This document shows positions 41,287-52,541 of a DNA stretch of 64,000 bases, in pieces (position 1 is the stretch's first letter; each line of letters opens with the position of its first letter). The DNA is from an uncultured Bacteroidales bacterium (GTDB taxonomy: Bacteria; Bacteroidota; Bacteroidia; Bacteroidales; WCHB1-69). The notes below the pieces were generated by a model. The model had not been told where the DNA came from, did no database searches, and saw only the letters and a program-made list of their open reading frames with translations. The stretch spans positions 14,492-78,491 of the forward strand of contig CAJOFJ010000009.1 of NCBI GenBank assembly GCA_905233625.1. The letters run 5' to 3'. The translations under genes and the position numbers were made by a program.

Positions 41287-43779
41287 ATGAGTAAGGATTT
41301 GATAATTGTGGAGTCTCCGGCCAAAGCCAAGACCATCCAAAAGTTTATCGGTAAGGATTTTACGGTTGTTTCCAGCAAGGGACATGTCCGTGACCTGCCC
41401 CAGAAAGATTTGGGTATCGACATTCCCAAGGGTTTCCAACCCAAATATGAGATTTTGGACGAAAAAAAGAAATTAATCCAAGATATCAAGAAATTGGCGA
41501 ATGAGGCAGACACTGTCTGGCTTGCTACCGATGATGACCGCGAGGGCGAGGCTATCTCGTGGCACCTGATGGAAGTGGCTGATATCGCCCCAGCCAAGAC
41601 CAAGCGTATCGTCTTTCACGAAATCACTAAGTCTGCCATTGAAGCAGCTTTGGCTAATCCGCGTCAGCTGGATGTGGATTTGGTGAACGCCCAGCAGGCC
41701 CGCCGTATTCTGGACCGCCTTGTGGGTTTCGAACTGTCTCCTGTGCTTTGGCGCAAAGTGAAACCACAACTTTCTGCTGGCCGTGTGCAGTCGGTAGCTG
41801 TCAAGCTGATTGTGGAGAGAGAACATGAAATCAAGGATTTCAAAGTGACTTCTTCTTACAGAATCACAGGAAATTTCGCCTCAGAAAAGGATAATGGCAA
41901 TGAATTTGAAGCTGAACTGGACACCCGTTTCGCCGACAAAGATAAAACTTTGGCTTTCTTGGAAGATTGCAAAACCGCCACGTATTCCATTTCGGCGGTG
42001 GAGAAAAATCCTGGCAAGAAAGTGCCGGCAGCACCTTTCACCACCTCCACTTTGCAGCAGGAAGCTTCTCGTAAATTGGGCTTCTCGGTGAGCAAAACCA
42101 TGGTTATCGCACAACAACTGTATGAGCAAGGTTACATCACTTACATGAGAACCGACTCGGTCAATTTGTCGGAGTTTGCCATTCAAGGTGCCAAGGAGGA
42201 AATCGTCAAGCAGTATGGCGAGGAGTATTCACATCCTCGTCGTTATGCTACCAAGATCAAAGGAGCTCAAGAGGCTCACGAAGCTATCCGTCCTACTTCC
42301 ATGAGCAACCATACGATTCCTGGTGATACTTTCGCCAAGCGTTTGTATGAGCTGATTTGGAAACGTACCATCGCTTCGCAGATGAGCGACGCCAAGACAG
42401 AGAAAACGGTCATCACTATTCCAATGTCCAACCGTCCTGAAAAATTCGTTGTGACCGGTGAGGTGATATTGTTCCACGGCTTCTTGAAAGTATATATTGA
42501 GTCGAAGGATGAGGAAGATGAGGAAGTAAAGGGTTGGTTGCCGAATCTGTCTGTAGGAGAGACGGTTAAGGCTTCTGAAATCATTGCTACGCAGAAATAT
42601 ACCCAACCGCCGGTGCGCTACACCGAGGCTAGTTTGGTGAAAAAACTGGAAGAGTTGGGCATTGGCCGTCCTTCAACATTTGCGCCCACTATCTCCACTA
42701 TCCAGAAACGTGAGTATGTGGTCAAAGAGACCCGTCCTGGCTCCGAAAGAGAATATGTGCAGCTGAAACTGAAAAACGGCAGTGTGCACGAGTCGGTGAA
42801 AAAAGAGAAATACGGTTTCGAGAAAGATAAGATTTTCCCGACAGATATCGGTATTGTGGTGAATGACTACTTGCAGGACAATTTCCAGGAGATTATGGAT
42901 TATGGATTCACGGCCAATGTGGAGAAGGAATTTGATGAGATTGCTGAGGGAAAGATGAAATGGCAGGAAATGATGAACGAGTTCTATGGCGATTTTCATC
43001 ATTCTATAGAAAATGCCATCACCTATTCCACCAAGGCCAGTGGCGAGCGTCTGTTGGGTGCTGACCCGAAAACCAACGCCAACGTTTATGCCAAGTTGGG
43101 TAAGTACGGTCCCATGGTACAGATTGGCGAGAATTATGAAGACGAGAAACCTCGTTACGCCCGTATGAAGAAAACCCAGTCTATTGAAAGCATCACGCTT
43201 GAGGAAGCGCTTGACTTGTTCAAGCTGCCCAAAACTTTGGGAGAATACGAGGGTGAGCCTTTGGTGATTGGTATCGGTCGTTTCGGTCCATACGTGAAAT
43301 ATCATAATAATTTTGTGTCAATTCCCAAGACAGAAGAACCTACAGATATTAGCTATGAGAGAGCTGTGGAGTTGATCGAGTTGAAGAAAAAAGGTGACCA
43401 GGACCATGCACCTCGCATATTGGGTGAGCATAATGGCAAAGAAGTGTCCGTTGCAGCTGGCAGATATGGCCCCTATCTGAAATATGACGGCAAAAATATT
43501 ACTCTGGACAAGGGTACAGTGGTGGCGGAAATGACCTTGGAGCAAGCCGCTGCAATAATAGATGGTGCAGCTACCCGTAATGTGTTGGTGGATTTCAAGG
43601 AGAATGAAAACATCAAGGTGCTGAATGGCCGCTATGGTGCTTATATTTCAGATGGTACCAACAATTATAAAATTCCAAAAGGCCGTATCGCTGAAAATTT
43701 GACATACGAGGATTGTATGGAGATTATCAATAATACCACGCCGACCGCCAAGAAAACATCATACAGAAGGAAAAAATAA
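41287..43779 (+). CDS. topA: DNA topoisomerase I (type IA)
   Basis: 830 aa. Toprim N-terminus LIIVESPAKAKTI, the active-site region ITYMRTDS, and C-terminal repeats. Confidence 0.95.
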   Translation: MSKDLIIVESPAKAKTIQKFIGKDFTVVSSKGHVRDLPQKDLGIDIPKGFQPKYEILDEKKKLIQDIKKLANEADTVWLATDDDREGEAISWHLMEVADIAPAKTKRIVFHEITKSAIEAALANPRQLDVDLVNAQQARRILDRLVGFELSPVLWRKVKPQLSAGRVQSVAVKLIVEREHEIKDFKVTSSYRITGNFASEKDNGNEFEAELDTRFADKDKTLAFLEDCKTATYSISAVEKNPGKKVPAAPFTTSTLQQEASRKLGFSVSKTMVIAQQLYEQGYITYMRTDSVNLSEFAIQGAKEEIVKQYGEEYSHPRRYATKIKGAQEAHEAIRPTSMSNHTIPGDTFAKRLYELIWKRTIASQMSDAKTEKTVITIPMSNRPEKFVVTGEVILFHGFLKVYIESKDEEDEEVKGWLPNLSVGETVKASEIIATQKYTQPPVRYTEASLVKKLEELGIGRPSTFAPTISTIQKREYVVKETRPGSEREYVQLKLKNGSVHESVKKEKYGFEKDKIFPTDIGIVVNDYLQDNFQEIMDYGFTANVEKEFDEIAEGKMKWQEMMNEFYGDFHHSIENAITYSTKASGERLLGADPKTNANVYAKLGKYGPMVQIGENYEDEKPRYARMKKTQSIESITLEEALDLFKLPKTLGEYEGEPLVIGIGRFGPYVKYHNNFVSIPKTEEPTDISYERAVELIELKKKGDQDHAPRILGEHNGKEVSVAAGRYGPYLKYDGKNITLDKGTVVAEMTLEQAAAIIDGAATRNVLVDFKENENIKVLNGRYGAYISDGTNNYKIPKGRIAENLTYEDCMEIINNTTPTAKKTSYRRKK

Positions 43780-43780
43780 T

Positions 43781-44956
43781 ATGGATATCTCGCCTTATTT
43801 CAATCCGGTTGATTTCGAGACCATAGGTTTCACCAAGGACAGCTATGAGGCATCGCTGTTGATCAGCAATGTATGCTTCTTTCATCCTGAAGGAGAGTTG
43901 GATTTGACAGGTGTGGAGTTTGCCATTATCGGTGTGCCGGAATCCCGTAACGCTTTCCGCAACAGCTCATGCTCGTTGGCCCCGGACGAAATCCGCAGCC
44001 AGTTTTACCAGCTGTATCGCTGGGAGAAGGAGGTGAAAATCATCGATATGGGGAATCTGATTATTGGAAAGACGGTGGAGGATACCTATCAGGTGTTGTC
44101 GGATATTCTGGCTTTTTTCATTGAAAATAAAATCATCCCCATTATTCTGGGCGGTAGTAATGATCTGGCATACGCCAATTATAGGGCTTACGAGAAGTTG
44201 GAGCAGGTGGTGAATATTGTGGCGGTGGACTCCCGCTTCGACCTGACACAGGAAGAGAATGAAATCCGTTCCGACCGTTATCTTAACAGAATTGTGTTGC
44301 AACAGCCTAATTATCTGCTGAATTACGCCAATATCGGTTATCAAACCTATCTGAACAGTCCCGAGAATATCAGCCTGATGAATCAGTTGTTTTTCGAGAC
44401 TTATCGTGTGGGCATCATGCGCAAAGACATGGAGGAGATTGAGCCCATTGTGCGTAATGCCGAGATGATGAGTATCGACATCTCCGCAGTTCGCCGTGCC
44501 GATGCACCGGGTAATCCCAATGCCTCTGCCAATGGCTTCTACGGCGAAGAGATTTGCCAAGTGGCACGTTATGGCGGGGTGAGCGATAAATTAAGCTCTT
44601 TCGGTATCTATGAATATGACCCTACTTTGGACACCTCGTTCCAGACCGCTCAGATGATCAGCCATATTCTTTGGTATTTCGTGGATGGATACATTCACCG
44701 TCAAGGGGATACCTTGTTCAAAGATAAGAATATGTACACCCGTTACAGTGTTACGGTGTCGGAAGGCGTGCATGAACTGGAGTTCTATTGCAGCAAGAAA
44801 ACCGGTCGCTGGTGGGTGGTGGTGCCAGTCATCAATATCAAAAAAGATATGGAACAGAAGTATTTTCTGCCCTGTTCACGCCGTGATTATGACATAGCCT
44901 GCCAGGATAAGATTTCCGAACGGTGGTGGCGTGCCTATCATAAATTGAATCGTTAA
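43781..44956 (+). CDS. Arginase/formimidoylglutamase-fold family protein, probably lacking the metal ligands
   Basis: 391 aa. The family-like blocks ILGGSNDLAY, AVDSRFDL and SIDISAVRRADAPG sit where GGDHS, DxHxD and SxDxD are expected. Confidence 0.55.
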   Translation: MDISPYFNPVDFETIGFTKDSYEASLLISNVCFFHPEGELDLTGVEFAIIGVPESRNAFRNSSCSLAPDEIRSQFYQLYRWEKEVKIIDMGNLIIGKTVEDTYQVLSDILAFFIENKIIPIILGGSNDLAYANYRAYEKLEQVVNIVAVDSRFDLTQEENEIRSDRYLNRIVLQQPNYLLNYANIGYQTYLNSPENISLMNQLFFETYRVGIMRKDMEEIEPIVRNAEMMSIDISAVRRADAPGNPNASANGFYGEEICQVARYGGVSDKLSSFGIYEYDPTLDTSFQTAQMISHILWYFVDGYIHRQGDTLFKDKNMYTRYSVTVSEGVHELEFYCSKKTGRWWVVVPVINIKKDMEQKYFLPCSRRDYDIACQDKISERWWRAYHKLNR

Positions 44957-44983
44957 ATAATCAAAGGTTTAAATATTTTTATT

Positions 44984-46048
44984 ATGAGAAAAATTTTACT
45001 TGTTACATGTTTGTTTCTGGTATCAACTTTGATGTTGAATGCAGAAGGATTTGTGGGTAAAACTTTTTATGCCCCGGAATTCAATCAGCTTTTAAAAAAG
45101 AAAAATGTTGACCCGAATCTTCCAAAGGATTCCACCGATTGGCAGAAATATTGGAAACTGACCGGTGTGGTGGGATTGAATCTTACGCAGACTTCTTTTA
45201 CCAACTGGGCTGCCGGTGGTCAGAACAATGCCAACGGCGTTCTTTTCGCCAATTTGAACCTGGCTTATCAGAAAGGCTTGCATTCATGGGAGGCCAACTT
45301 GATTTCTGAAATCGGTATGATGTACACGATGGGAGCGCGTGATATTGAAACAGAGACCGGTGTCCTTTTGGGTAAGACCAATTGGAGAAAGTCAAGTGAT
45401 AAGATTGATTTCAGTACCAAATATGGTTTTGAGTTCAAGAAAACATGGTTTGTGACAGTAATGGCTTCTTTCAAAACACAGTTTGCAAGAGGCAAGGAAT
45501 ATGCGAAATTTGACAAAGGGGATGTGAGTAAACCAGCATACATATCCAACTGGATGACACCTGCCTATGCTGATTTCTCAGTGGGTATCGACTGGAAACC
45601 GAAAACTTTTTTGTCTTTGTATCTGTCTCCTGTCGCCGGCCGTATTACAGCATGTACGGTTCCTGAAATCGAGAGGGAGCTTGTTTCGGATTATACGGTG
45701 AATTCCATAAGACATTCGTATGGTATTGATACCACGACAGGAAAGGCCTTTAAGGCAGATCTCGGTTTAACCTTCAAAGCTCAGGTGAATTATACGTACA
45801 AGAACCTGACCATCATGACGAGTCTGGTATTATTTACACCGTATACCTCTAAACATCAGAAATTCGGCAACTTCGATGTAGACTGGGATTTCTCCATTTC
45901 CTATCAGTTCCTGAAAGTGTTGAATGTGAGCTTGATGACTTCGTTGAAGTACTATGACCAGGTGATGATTACCGACAAAAAAGGCAATACTGGTCCAAGA
46001 GTACAGTTCAAGGAAGTGCTGGGTTTGGGTATTGGATATAGCTTCTAA
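44984..46048 (+). CDS. DUF3078-like outer-membrane beta-barrel protein
   Basis: Signal peptide, the LNLTQTSFTNWAAGGQNN motif, alternating beta-strand pattern and a C-terminal aromatic residue (GYSF). Confidence 0.65.
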   Translation: MRKILLVTCLFLVSTLMLNAEGFVGKTFYAPEFNQLLKKKNVDPNLPKDSTDWQKYWKLTGVVGLNLTQTSFTNWAAGGQNNANGVLFANLNLAYQKGLHSWEANLISEIGMMYTMGARDIETETGVLLGKTNWRKSSDKIDFSTKYGFEFKKTWFVTVMASFKTQFARGKEYAKFDKGDVSKPAYISNWMTPAYADFSVGIDWKPKTFLSLYLSPVAGRITACTVPEIERELVSDYTVNSIRHSYGIDTTTGKAFKADLGLTFKAQVNYTYKNLTIMTSLVLFTPYTSKHQKFGNFDVDWDFSISYQFLKVLNVSLMTSLKYYDQVMITDKKGNTGPRVQFKEVLGLGIGYSF

Positions 46049-46473
46049 TATCTGCGACGATGAACATCCGAAGAATCCCACGACTGGAATAACAAAATGT
46101 CGTGGATTCTTTGGATAATCATGATAAAGAGCTTCAAATCATTTTGGACGAACCATTTGATGGCTTCGTCATCTTTACGGCAAGCCAGTGCGAATTTCAA
46201 GAGAAAATCGCACTGGTATTTTTTTAGCCATTCAATCGCATTCTCCTCTCCGTCGATGGCGTTGCTGAGCACGCCGAATTCGGGGTAATTGCTTTTTTTG
46301 AGAAGCCAGTCCAAAGCTTCGGTGTCCGAATTGATGGCATTGGCCAAAGCGGCCAGCTCAGCAAAGTTGTTGGCAATAAGGAAGTCCAAGAATTGCTTAT
46401 CGCCCTTCAGCCCTTCCAAAAAGGCCAAAAGGAGTTTGGTGTCGTAGTCTGTTAGAGAGTGCAGTTGTGCCAC
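46045..46473 (-). CDS. Hypothetical helical-repeat protein
   Basis: 142 aa with three (D/E)EA(L/I).W(L/F).(K/Q) repeats. Its stop overlaps the convergent DUF3078 stop by 3-4 nt. Confidence 0.5.
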   Translation of the reverse strand: MAQLHSLTDYDTKLLLAFLEGLKGDKQFLDFLIANNFAELAALANAINSDTEALDWLLKKSNYPEFGVLSNAIDGEENAIEWLKKYQCDFLLKFALACRKDDEAIKWFVQNDLKLFIMIIQRIHDILLFQSWDSSDVHRRRY

Positions 46474-46494
46474 TTTGTCAATGTGTCAGACTGA

Positions 46495-48120
<1,626 letters not shown>

Positions 48121-48177
48121 AGTGTCAAATATTTAGGATAAAAAGCGAGCCTTTGCCCGCAAAATAGTTTTAACTTG

Positions 48178-48185
48178 CAAAGATA
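48178..48185 (-). promoter_or_regulatory. -7 box TATCTTTG (minus strand) for glnS
   Basis: Plus strand reads caaagata. The context TGTATCTTTGCAAGTTA is mirrored at 48385-48401 on the plus strand. Confidence 0.5.
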
Positions 48186-48196
48186 CACAATTTTTC

Positions 48197-48297
48197 AATT
48201 AGCAAATTAGTTAATTAGCAAATTAGCAAATGATTTTAATGTGCCAATGAGATAATGTGCTAATGAAATTAAGAATTAAAAATTAAGAGTTAAGAAT
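48197..48297. repeat. Mosaic word repeats: ATTAGCAA, GTGCCAATGA/GTGCTAATGA, TTAAGAA heptamers
   Basis: aattagcaaattagttaattagcaaattagcaaatga…gtgccaatgagataatgtgctaatga…aattaagaattaaaaattaagagttaagaatg. Confidence 0.8.
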
Positions 48298-48386
48298 GTT
48301 GATGTAAATTTTTTGGAAGAATGTAGGGCTGTCACATTGTGGCAGCCGTGCGAAAAAATGTACAGGGGTATGTTGTGAAATTATTG

Positions 48387-48394
48387 TATCTTTG
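48387..48394 (+). promoter_or_regulatory. -7 box TATCTTTG for the sialidase gene
   Basis: It lies inside the track ORF (48392), which argues for the ATG at 48413 as the true start. Confidence 0.5.
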
Positions 48395-48412
48395 CAAGTT
48401 ACTACAAATATT

Positions 48413-49636
48413 ATGAAACATAGAGATTTATATTTTGTTGCTTTGATGTTTTGCTTGCTGCTGACGGACATTCTTCCCACGGTCCAAGCCCAGGTGGATG
48501 ATTTGCGCCGTGTCTCCGACAGGGTAGGGCTCTCCACGATTTACCAGCAACGGCCTTCAACGAAGACTACTGTTGTGTATCCGCGTCATGGGTTGAATAC
48601 CGACACCTCATTTTTTTACCGCCAACGGCTGTATGCACCAGGCGACTATAACTCGACCAACTGGCGTATTCCGGCTATACTTGCCCTTGCTGTGAACGAC
48701 AAGCGGAAATACAACGAGGGGGATCTGCCGCAGGATATTGACATTGTGGCCCGACGTAGTACAGATAATGGCCGAACATGGAGCGAGCCGGTGACTATTG
48801 CTGCGGGACAAGGAGTGAAAAAGGGCTTTGGTGATCCTGCTTTGGTGGTGACCGAAAAGGGGGAGGTGATTTGTGCTTTTGCAGGTGGTAACGGCTATTT
48901 TCAATCTACGGAGGATGACCCCATCCGTTTGTTTGTCACCCGCAGTCTTGACGGCGGTAAAACATGGTCAAAGCCGGAGGATATCACCTTCCAAATATGG
49001 GGGACAAAGGCGTTGAATTCGGCTTGTCAGAAGTATAGGGCTTCGTTTTTCTCTTCGGGCAATGGTTTGCGGCTGACTCGCGGGGCGCACAAAGGGCGCA
49101 TTATGTTTGCCGTTCCTATGCTCCGCAAGGACGAGTGGGTGTCGGATAATTTTGTGGTGTATTCCGATGATGACGGTCATAGCTGGCAGGTGTCGGAGTG
49201 CGCTTTCAGCGGTGGTGACGAGGCTAAACTGGTGGAGCTGGTGGATGGCCGGGTACTGCTCAGCACGCGGCAGAGTGGTCCCAGGGGTTACAATATCTCT
49301 GAAGATGGCGGGGTTCATTGGGGCACCCAAGGCTACTGGCCCGAGATGACCACCAACGCCTGCAACGGTGATATCATACGCCTTTCCGCCACTGACCGAG
49401 GAGGTGAACGGAATGTGCTGATGCACTCCATTCCCAACTCCATGCATCGGGAAAATGTTACCATCTTCTTCAGTTATGATGAAGGAAAAACTTGGCAGGA
49501 TCCTCTGCTCTTGTTCAATGGTCCGTCGGTGTATTCCTCTTTAACGGTTTTGCCTGACGGCTCTGTGGGTGCTTACATCGAACAGAACCCCAACGGTGCT
49601 TGCGAATTGTGGTTTATCAATATACCGAAGAAATAA
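48413..49636 (+). CDS. Exo-alpha-sialidase (GH33, BNR/Asp-box repeats)
   Basis: Signal peptide, an RIP motif (NWRIPAI) and five Asp-boxes (STDNGRTW, SLDGGKTW, SDDDGHSW, SEDGGVHW, SYDEGKTW). Confidence 0.85.
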   Translation: MKHRDLYFVALMFCLLLTDILPTVQAQVDDLRRVSDRVGLSTIYQQRPSTKTTVVYPRHGLNTDTSFFYRQRLYAPGDYNSTNWRIPAILALAVNDKRKYNEGDLPQDIDIVARRSTDNGRTWSEPVTIAAGQGVKKGFGDPALVVTEKGEVICAFAGGNGYFQSTEDDPIRLFVTRSLDGGKTWSKPEDITFQIWGTKALNSACQKYRASFFSSGNGLRLTRGAHKGRIMFAVPMLRKDEWVSDNFVVYSDDDGHSWQVSECAFSGGDEAKLVELVDGRVLLSTRQSGPRGYNISEDGGVHWGTQGYWPEMTTNACNGDIIRLSATDRGGERNVLMHSIPNSMHRENVTIFFSYDEGKTWQDPLLLFNGPSVYSSLTVLPDGSVGAYIEQNPNGACELWFINIPKK

Positions 49637-49647
49637 TAAATTGTTGC

Positions 49648-49990
49648 TCGTGTGCCAAAGGCACATTCTGAATGAATATCGGAATTATCCCTTATAGTCT
49701 TGCTGAATTTTAGATTTATGGCGAGAGATTTATAGCATCAGCTTTGGGTTTTCCTTTCGCGTCGGTCAGGTGTTATGCTTCGGTGTATACCATACTCGCG
49801 CCGCGACCATAATGGTATAATGCCACCATTCTATTGATATTAAATCCCTTACGGGATATTGATATTGTGGTTATGCTATCGTCTATTGAAATAGAATCCC
49901 TGACGGGATATTATTTCCCCGTTACGTTAGGGGAATCAATATCAATAGAAGGATGTTTCACATTTTTTTAATTACCCTCGGCAGAGGGTT
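49648..49990. repeat. ORF-free cluster of short GC-rich hairpins and ATTGATATT/CTATTGA words
   Basis: tgtgcc-aaa-ggcaca, tataccat…atggtata, aatccc-ttac-gggat, aatccc-tgac-gggat, ttcccc-gttacgtta-ggggaa and accctc-ggca-gagggt. Confidence 0.7.
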
Positions 49991-50142
49991 TAATATTGAT
50001 TCATATGCGAAAAATGTATGGTATGAGAAATAGGTAAGGTCATTCGATAAAATGCAAGACCAAAAGGGATAATTCCGAAAAATTTCATGCGTTAGCCGTG
50101 GTTCAAACAAGGTGAGACTATTTGTAATTCAAAAATTATATG

Positions 50143-50150
50143 TAACTTTG
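50143..50150 (+). promoter_or_regulatory. -7 box TAACTTTG for the FISUMP gene
   Basis: 48 nt upstream of the ATG at 50198. Confidence 0.45.
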
Positions 50151-50197
50151 CAAGCACTATAATATATTGCGATAATATAATCACAAAATAAACCATT

Positions 50198-52183
50198 ATG
50201 AAAAAGACATTTTTACTACTTATCTGTCTGCTGGTGTGTTGCGTCGCTGCATTCTCCCAAAGCGTAACCCTTACCTTTACCGCCAAAGATGTAGCCAACC
50301 ACTATGTGCAACTCAACAGGGTTACTATTACCAACCTGACCAAAAGCTGGCAGGAGACGATATATTGGCCTGACACCACGCTAACCATGCAGAATGGCAC
50401 AGGAATCGGTGATGTAGAGACGCACGGCCGTGCGTCTCTACAATTGTCCCAAAATAACCCCAATCCTTTCACCGGCACCACCGAGGTGAGCCTTACGGTA
50501 GAGGAAGAGGATGAGGTGATGTTGGATATTGCGGATGTAAACGGAAAAACCGTAGGGACGCATCGCATGCGTCCGCAGGCGGGTATCCACCAATTCCGCG
50601 TTACCTTGTCTACCTCTGGCACATACATTATGACCGCCCGCCAGAACGGGCAGACTTCTTCCATCAAGATGGTATGCAACGGTGGCGGGGATGGCAATAG
50701 GATTGAATATACGGGAAACGGCGGTGATGCATCGCATGCGTCCGCAACCCAATCCAAAAACGGTCCCAAATATACCACCACCCACCCTTTCAATTTCGGG
50801 GATCAGATGGAATATGTGGGCTATGCCACCATTAATGGCAGCGAGGTAGAAAGCCAGCGCATCTCACAGCCACAAGGTGCTTCCCAGACCTTTACTTTGC
50901 AGTTTGCCGAAATAGATGGCTCGGTCATTACCGTGATAACCAATCTTGCTACTGAAATATCCTATTACTCAGCCATTTGCGGTGGCAATGTTATTTATGA
51001 CGGGGAAGAAAATATAATAGTGCGAGGAATTTGTTGGAACACATTGCATAATCCCACTGCCAACCATAATCATATTAGTTGTGGTAGTGGTGTGGGCAGT
51101 TATAACTGTAATATCTATTCTCTAAATCCTGGTACTACTTATTATGTGCGTGCTTACGCAACGAGCGTATTAGGAACTGTATATGGTAATGAGGTGGAAT
51201 TTGCCACAATGCCATTGACTATACCAACAGTATCCACTTCTGCCGTGACCGACATTACTCCATTTTATGCAAATAGTGGTGGGACGGTGATAGATGATGG
51301 GGGGTATTTTAACGAAACAATCCGTGGCGTATGCTGGAGCACCTCGCAAAACCCAACAATAAGTAACAGCCACACTACTAATGGTAGTGGTACGGGCATT
51401 TTTACCAGTCAACTGACAGGACTAAATCCTGGCACCACCTATTATGTGCGTGCATATGCCACTAACAGTGCAGGTACATCATATGGAGAACAACAGATAT
51501 TTACTACCTATACACTGATTCCTTGTCCAGGTGCTGCCACTGTGACCGATATTGACAATAACACATACAACACGGTGCAAATCGGCAACCAGTGCTGGAT
51601 GAAGGAAAACTTGCGGACGACCCGTTATTCCAATGGCACAAGCATTGCTTTGGGGAGTAGCACAAGCACCACAACGGCTTATCGTTATTATCCCAATGAT
51701 GACCAATCCAATGTATCCACCTACGGTTATTTGTACAATTGGAAGGCGGTGATGGGGAACTCATCCTCCAGTAGTGCCAATCCCAGTGGGGTGCAAGGCA
51801 TTTGTCCTACTGGTTGGCATGTTCCGAGTGATGCGGAGTGGACGCAGTTGACCGATTATGTGAGCGGTCAGAGCCAGTATGTGTGCGGTGTTAGTAACAG
51901 CCATATAGCCAAGGCCTTGGCATCTACAACGGGATGGCAAAGCAGTTCCCAAATTTGTGCAGTGGGCAATAATCCAAATGCCAATAATGCGACTGGTTTC
52001 TCGGTCCTTCCCTCTGAAGGAGGAGGTTATGGCGACTACGCCTACTTTTGGAGTGCTACGGAGGTTGGTTCTTTTTCCGCATACTGTATGGGTCTTGCTT
52101 ACGATATGCCTGATGTATACAGAGGAGGGGACTTAGAAATATACAAGTACCTCGGTTTCTCAGTTCGTTGTCTTCGCGATTAG
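50198..52183 (+). CDS. Secreted multidomain protein: internal T9SS-CTD-like domain, two Fn3-like repeats, C-terminal FISUMP (Fibrobacter succinogenes major paralogous) domain
   Basis: 661 aa with a signal peptide. LSQNNPNPFTGTTEVSL…GTYIMTARQNGQTSSIKMV resembles a Por secretion tail. There are two ~95-aa repeats (ICWNT…GTTYYVRAYAT). The C-terminus has QCWMKENL…YGYLYNW…CPTGWHVPSDAEW…FSVRCLRD. Confidence 0.75.
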   Translation: MKKTFLLLICLLVCCVAAFSQSVTLTFTAKDVANHYVQLNRVTITNLTKSWQETIYWPDTTLTMQNGTGIGDVETHGRASLQLSQNNPNPFTGTTEVSLTVEEEDEVMLDIADVNGKTVGTHRMRPQAGIHQFRVTLSTSGTYIMTARQNGQTSSIKMVCNGGGDGNRIEYTGNGGDASHASATQSKNGPKYTTTHPFNFGDQMEYVGYATINGSEVESQRISQPQGASQTFTLQFAEIDGSVITVITNLATEISYYSAICGGNVIYDGEENIIVRGICWNTLHNPTANHNHISCGSGVGSYNCNIYSLNPGTTYYVRAYATSVLGTVYGNEVEFATMPLTIPTVSTSAVTDITPFYANSGGTVIDDGGYFNETIRGVCWSTSQNPTISNSHTTNGSGTGIFTSQLTGLNPGTTYYVRAYATNSAGTSYGEQQIFTTYTLIPCPGAATVTDIDNNTYNTVQIGNQCWMKENLRTTRYSNGTSIALGSSTSTTTAYRYYPNDDQSNVSTYGYLYNWKAVMGNSSSSSANPSGVQGICPTGWHVPSDAEWTQLTDYVSGQSQYVCGVSNSHIAKALASTTGWQSSSQICAVGNNPNANNATGFSVLPSEGGGYGDYAYFWSATEVGSFSAYCMGLAYDMPDVYRGGDLEIYKYLGFSVRCLRD

Positions 52184-52541
52184 AGCAGACCGCACAAGTG
52201 CGAAGCGCCCAGGCGGTCTGAAAGGAAATTCCCGCCGTAAGGCGGGCGAAGATACCTATAGGTGTTTTGTAGGTGTCAGCCGAATTTGTGTTGGCGTGCT
52301 GAAAGCACACCATCCTATTAACCCCTAACAAGGCCGCAGGCCGCAGTTTGGGGTGATGAGGTGTAAGGTAGAATACAGCGTGCCGAAGGTATGCAACTAT
52401 TGTGTCATTGTAGCGTGCCTTTGGCACGCAGCTGTGAGGGCTGTGCTTACTACCCCACACTGCACGACTTCGTCGTTTAGTGCGGGGTTAATAGAATATT
52501 GTGCCTTCGGCACATTTTGCAGGCAGCAATACTATTTATTC
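52184..52541. repeat. 358-bp ORF-free cluster of at least 8 GC-rich hairpins enclosed by an 11-bp long-range stem
   Basis: cagaccgc…gcggtctg, cccgcc-gtaa-ggcggg, gtgct-gaa-agcac, gcgtgcc-ttt-ggcacgc, acgac-ttc-gtcgt and tgtgcc-ttc-ggcaca. ctattaacccc (52315-52325) pairs with ggggttaatag (52484-52494). Confidence 0.7.
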
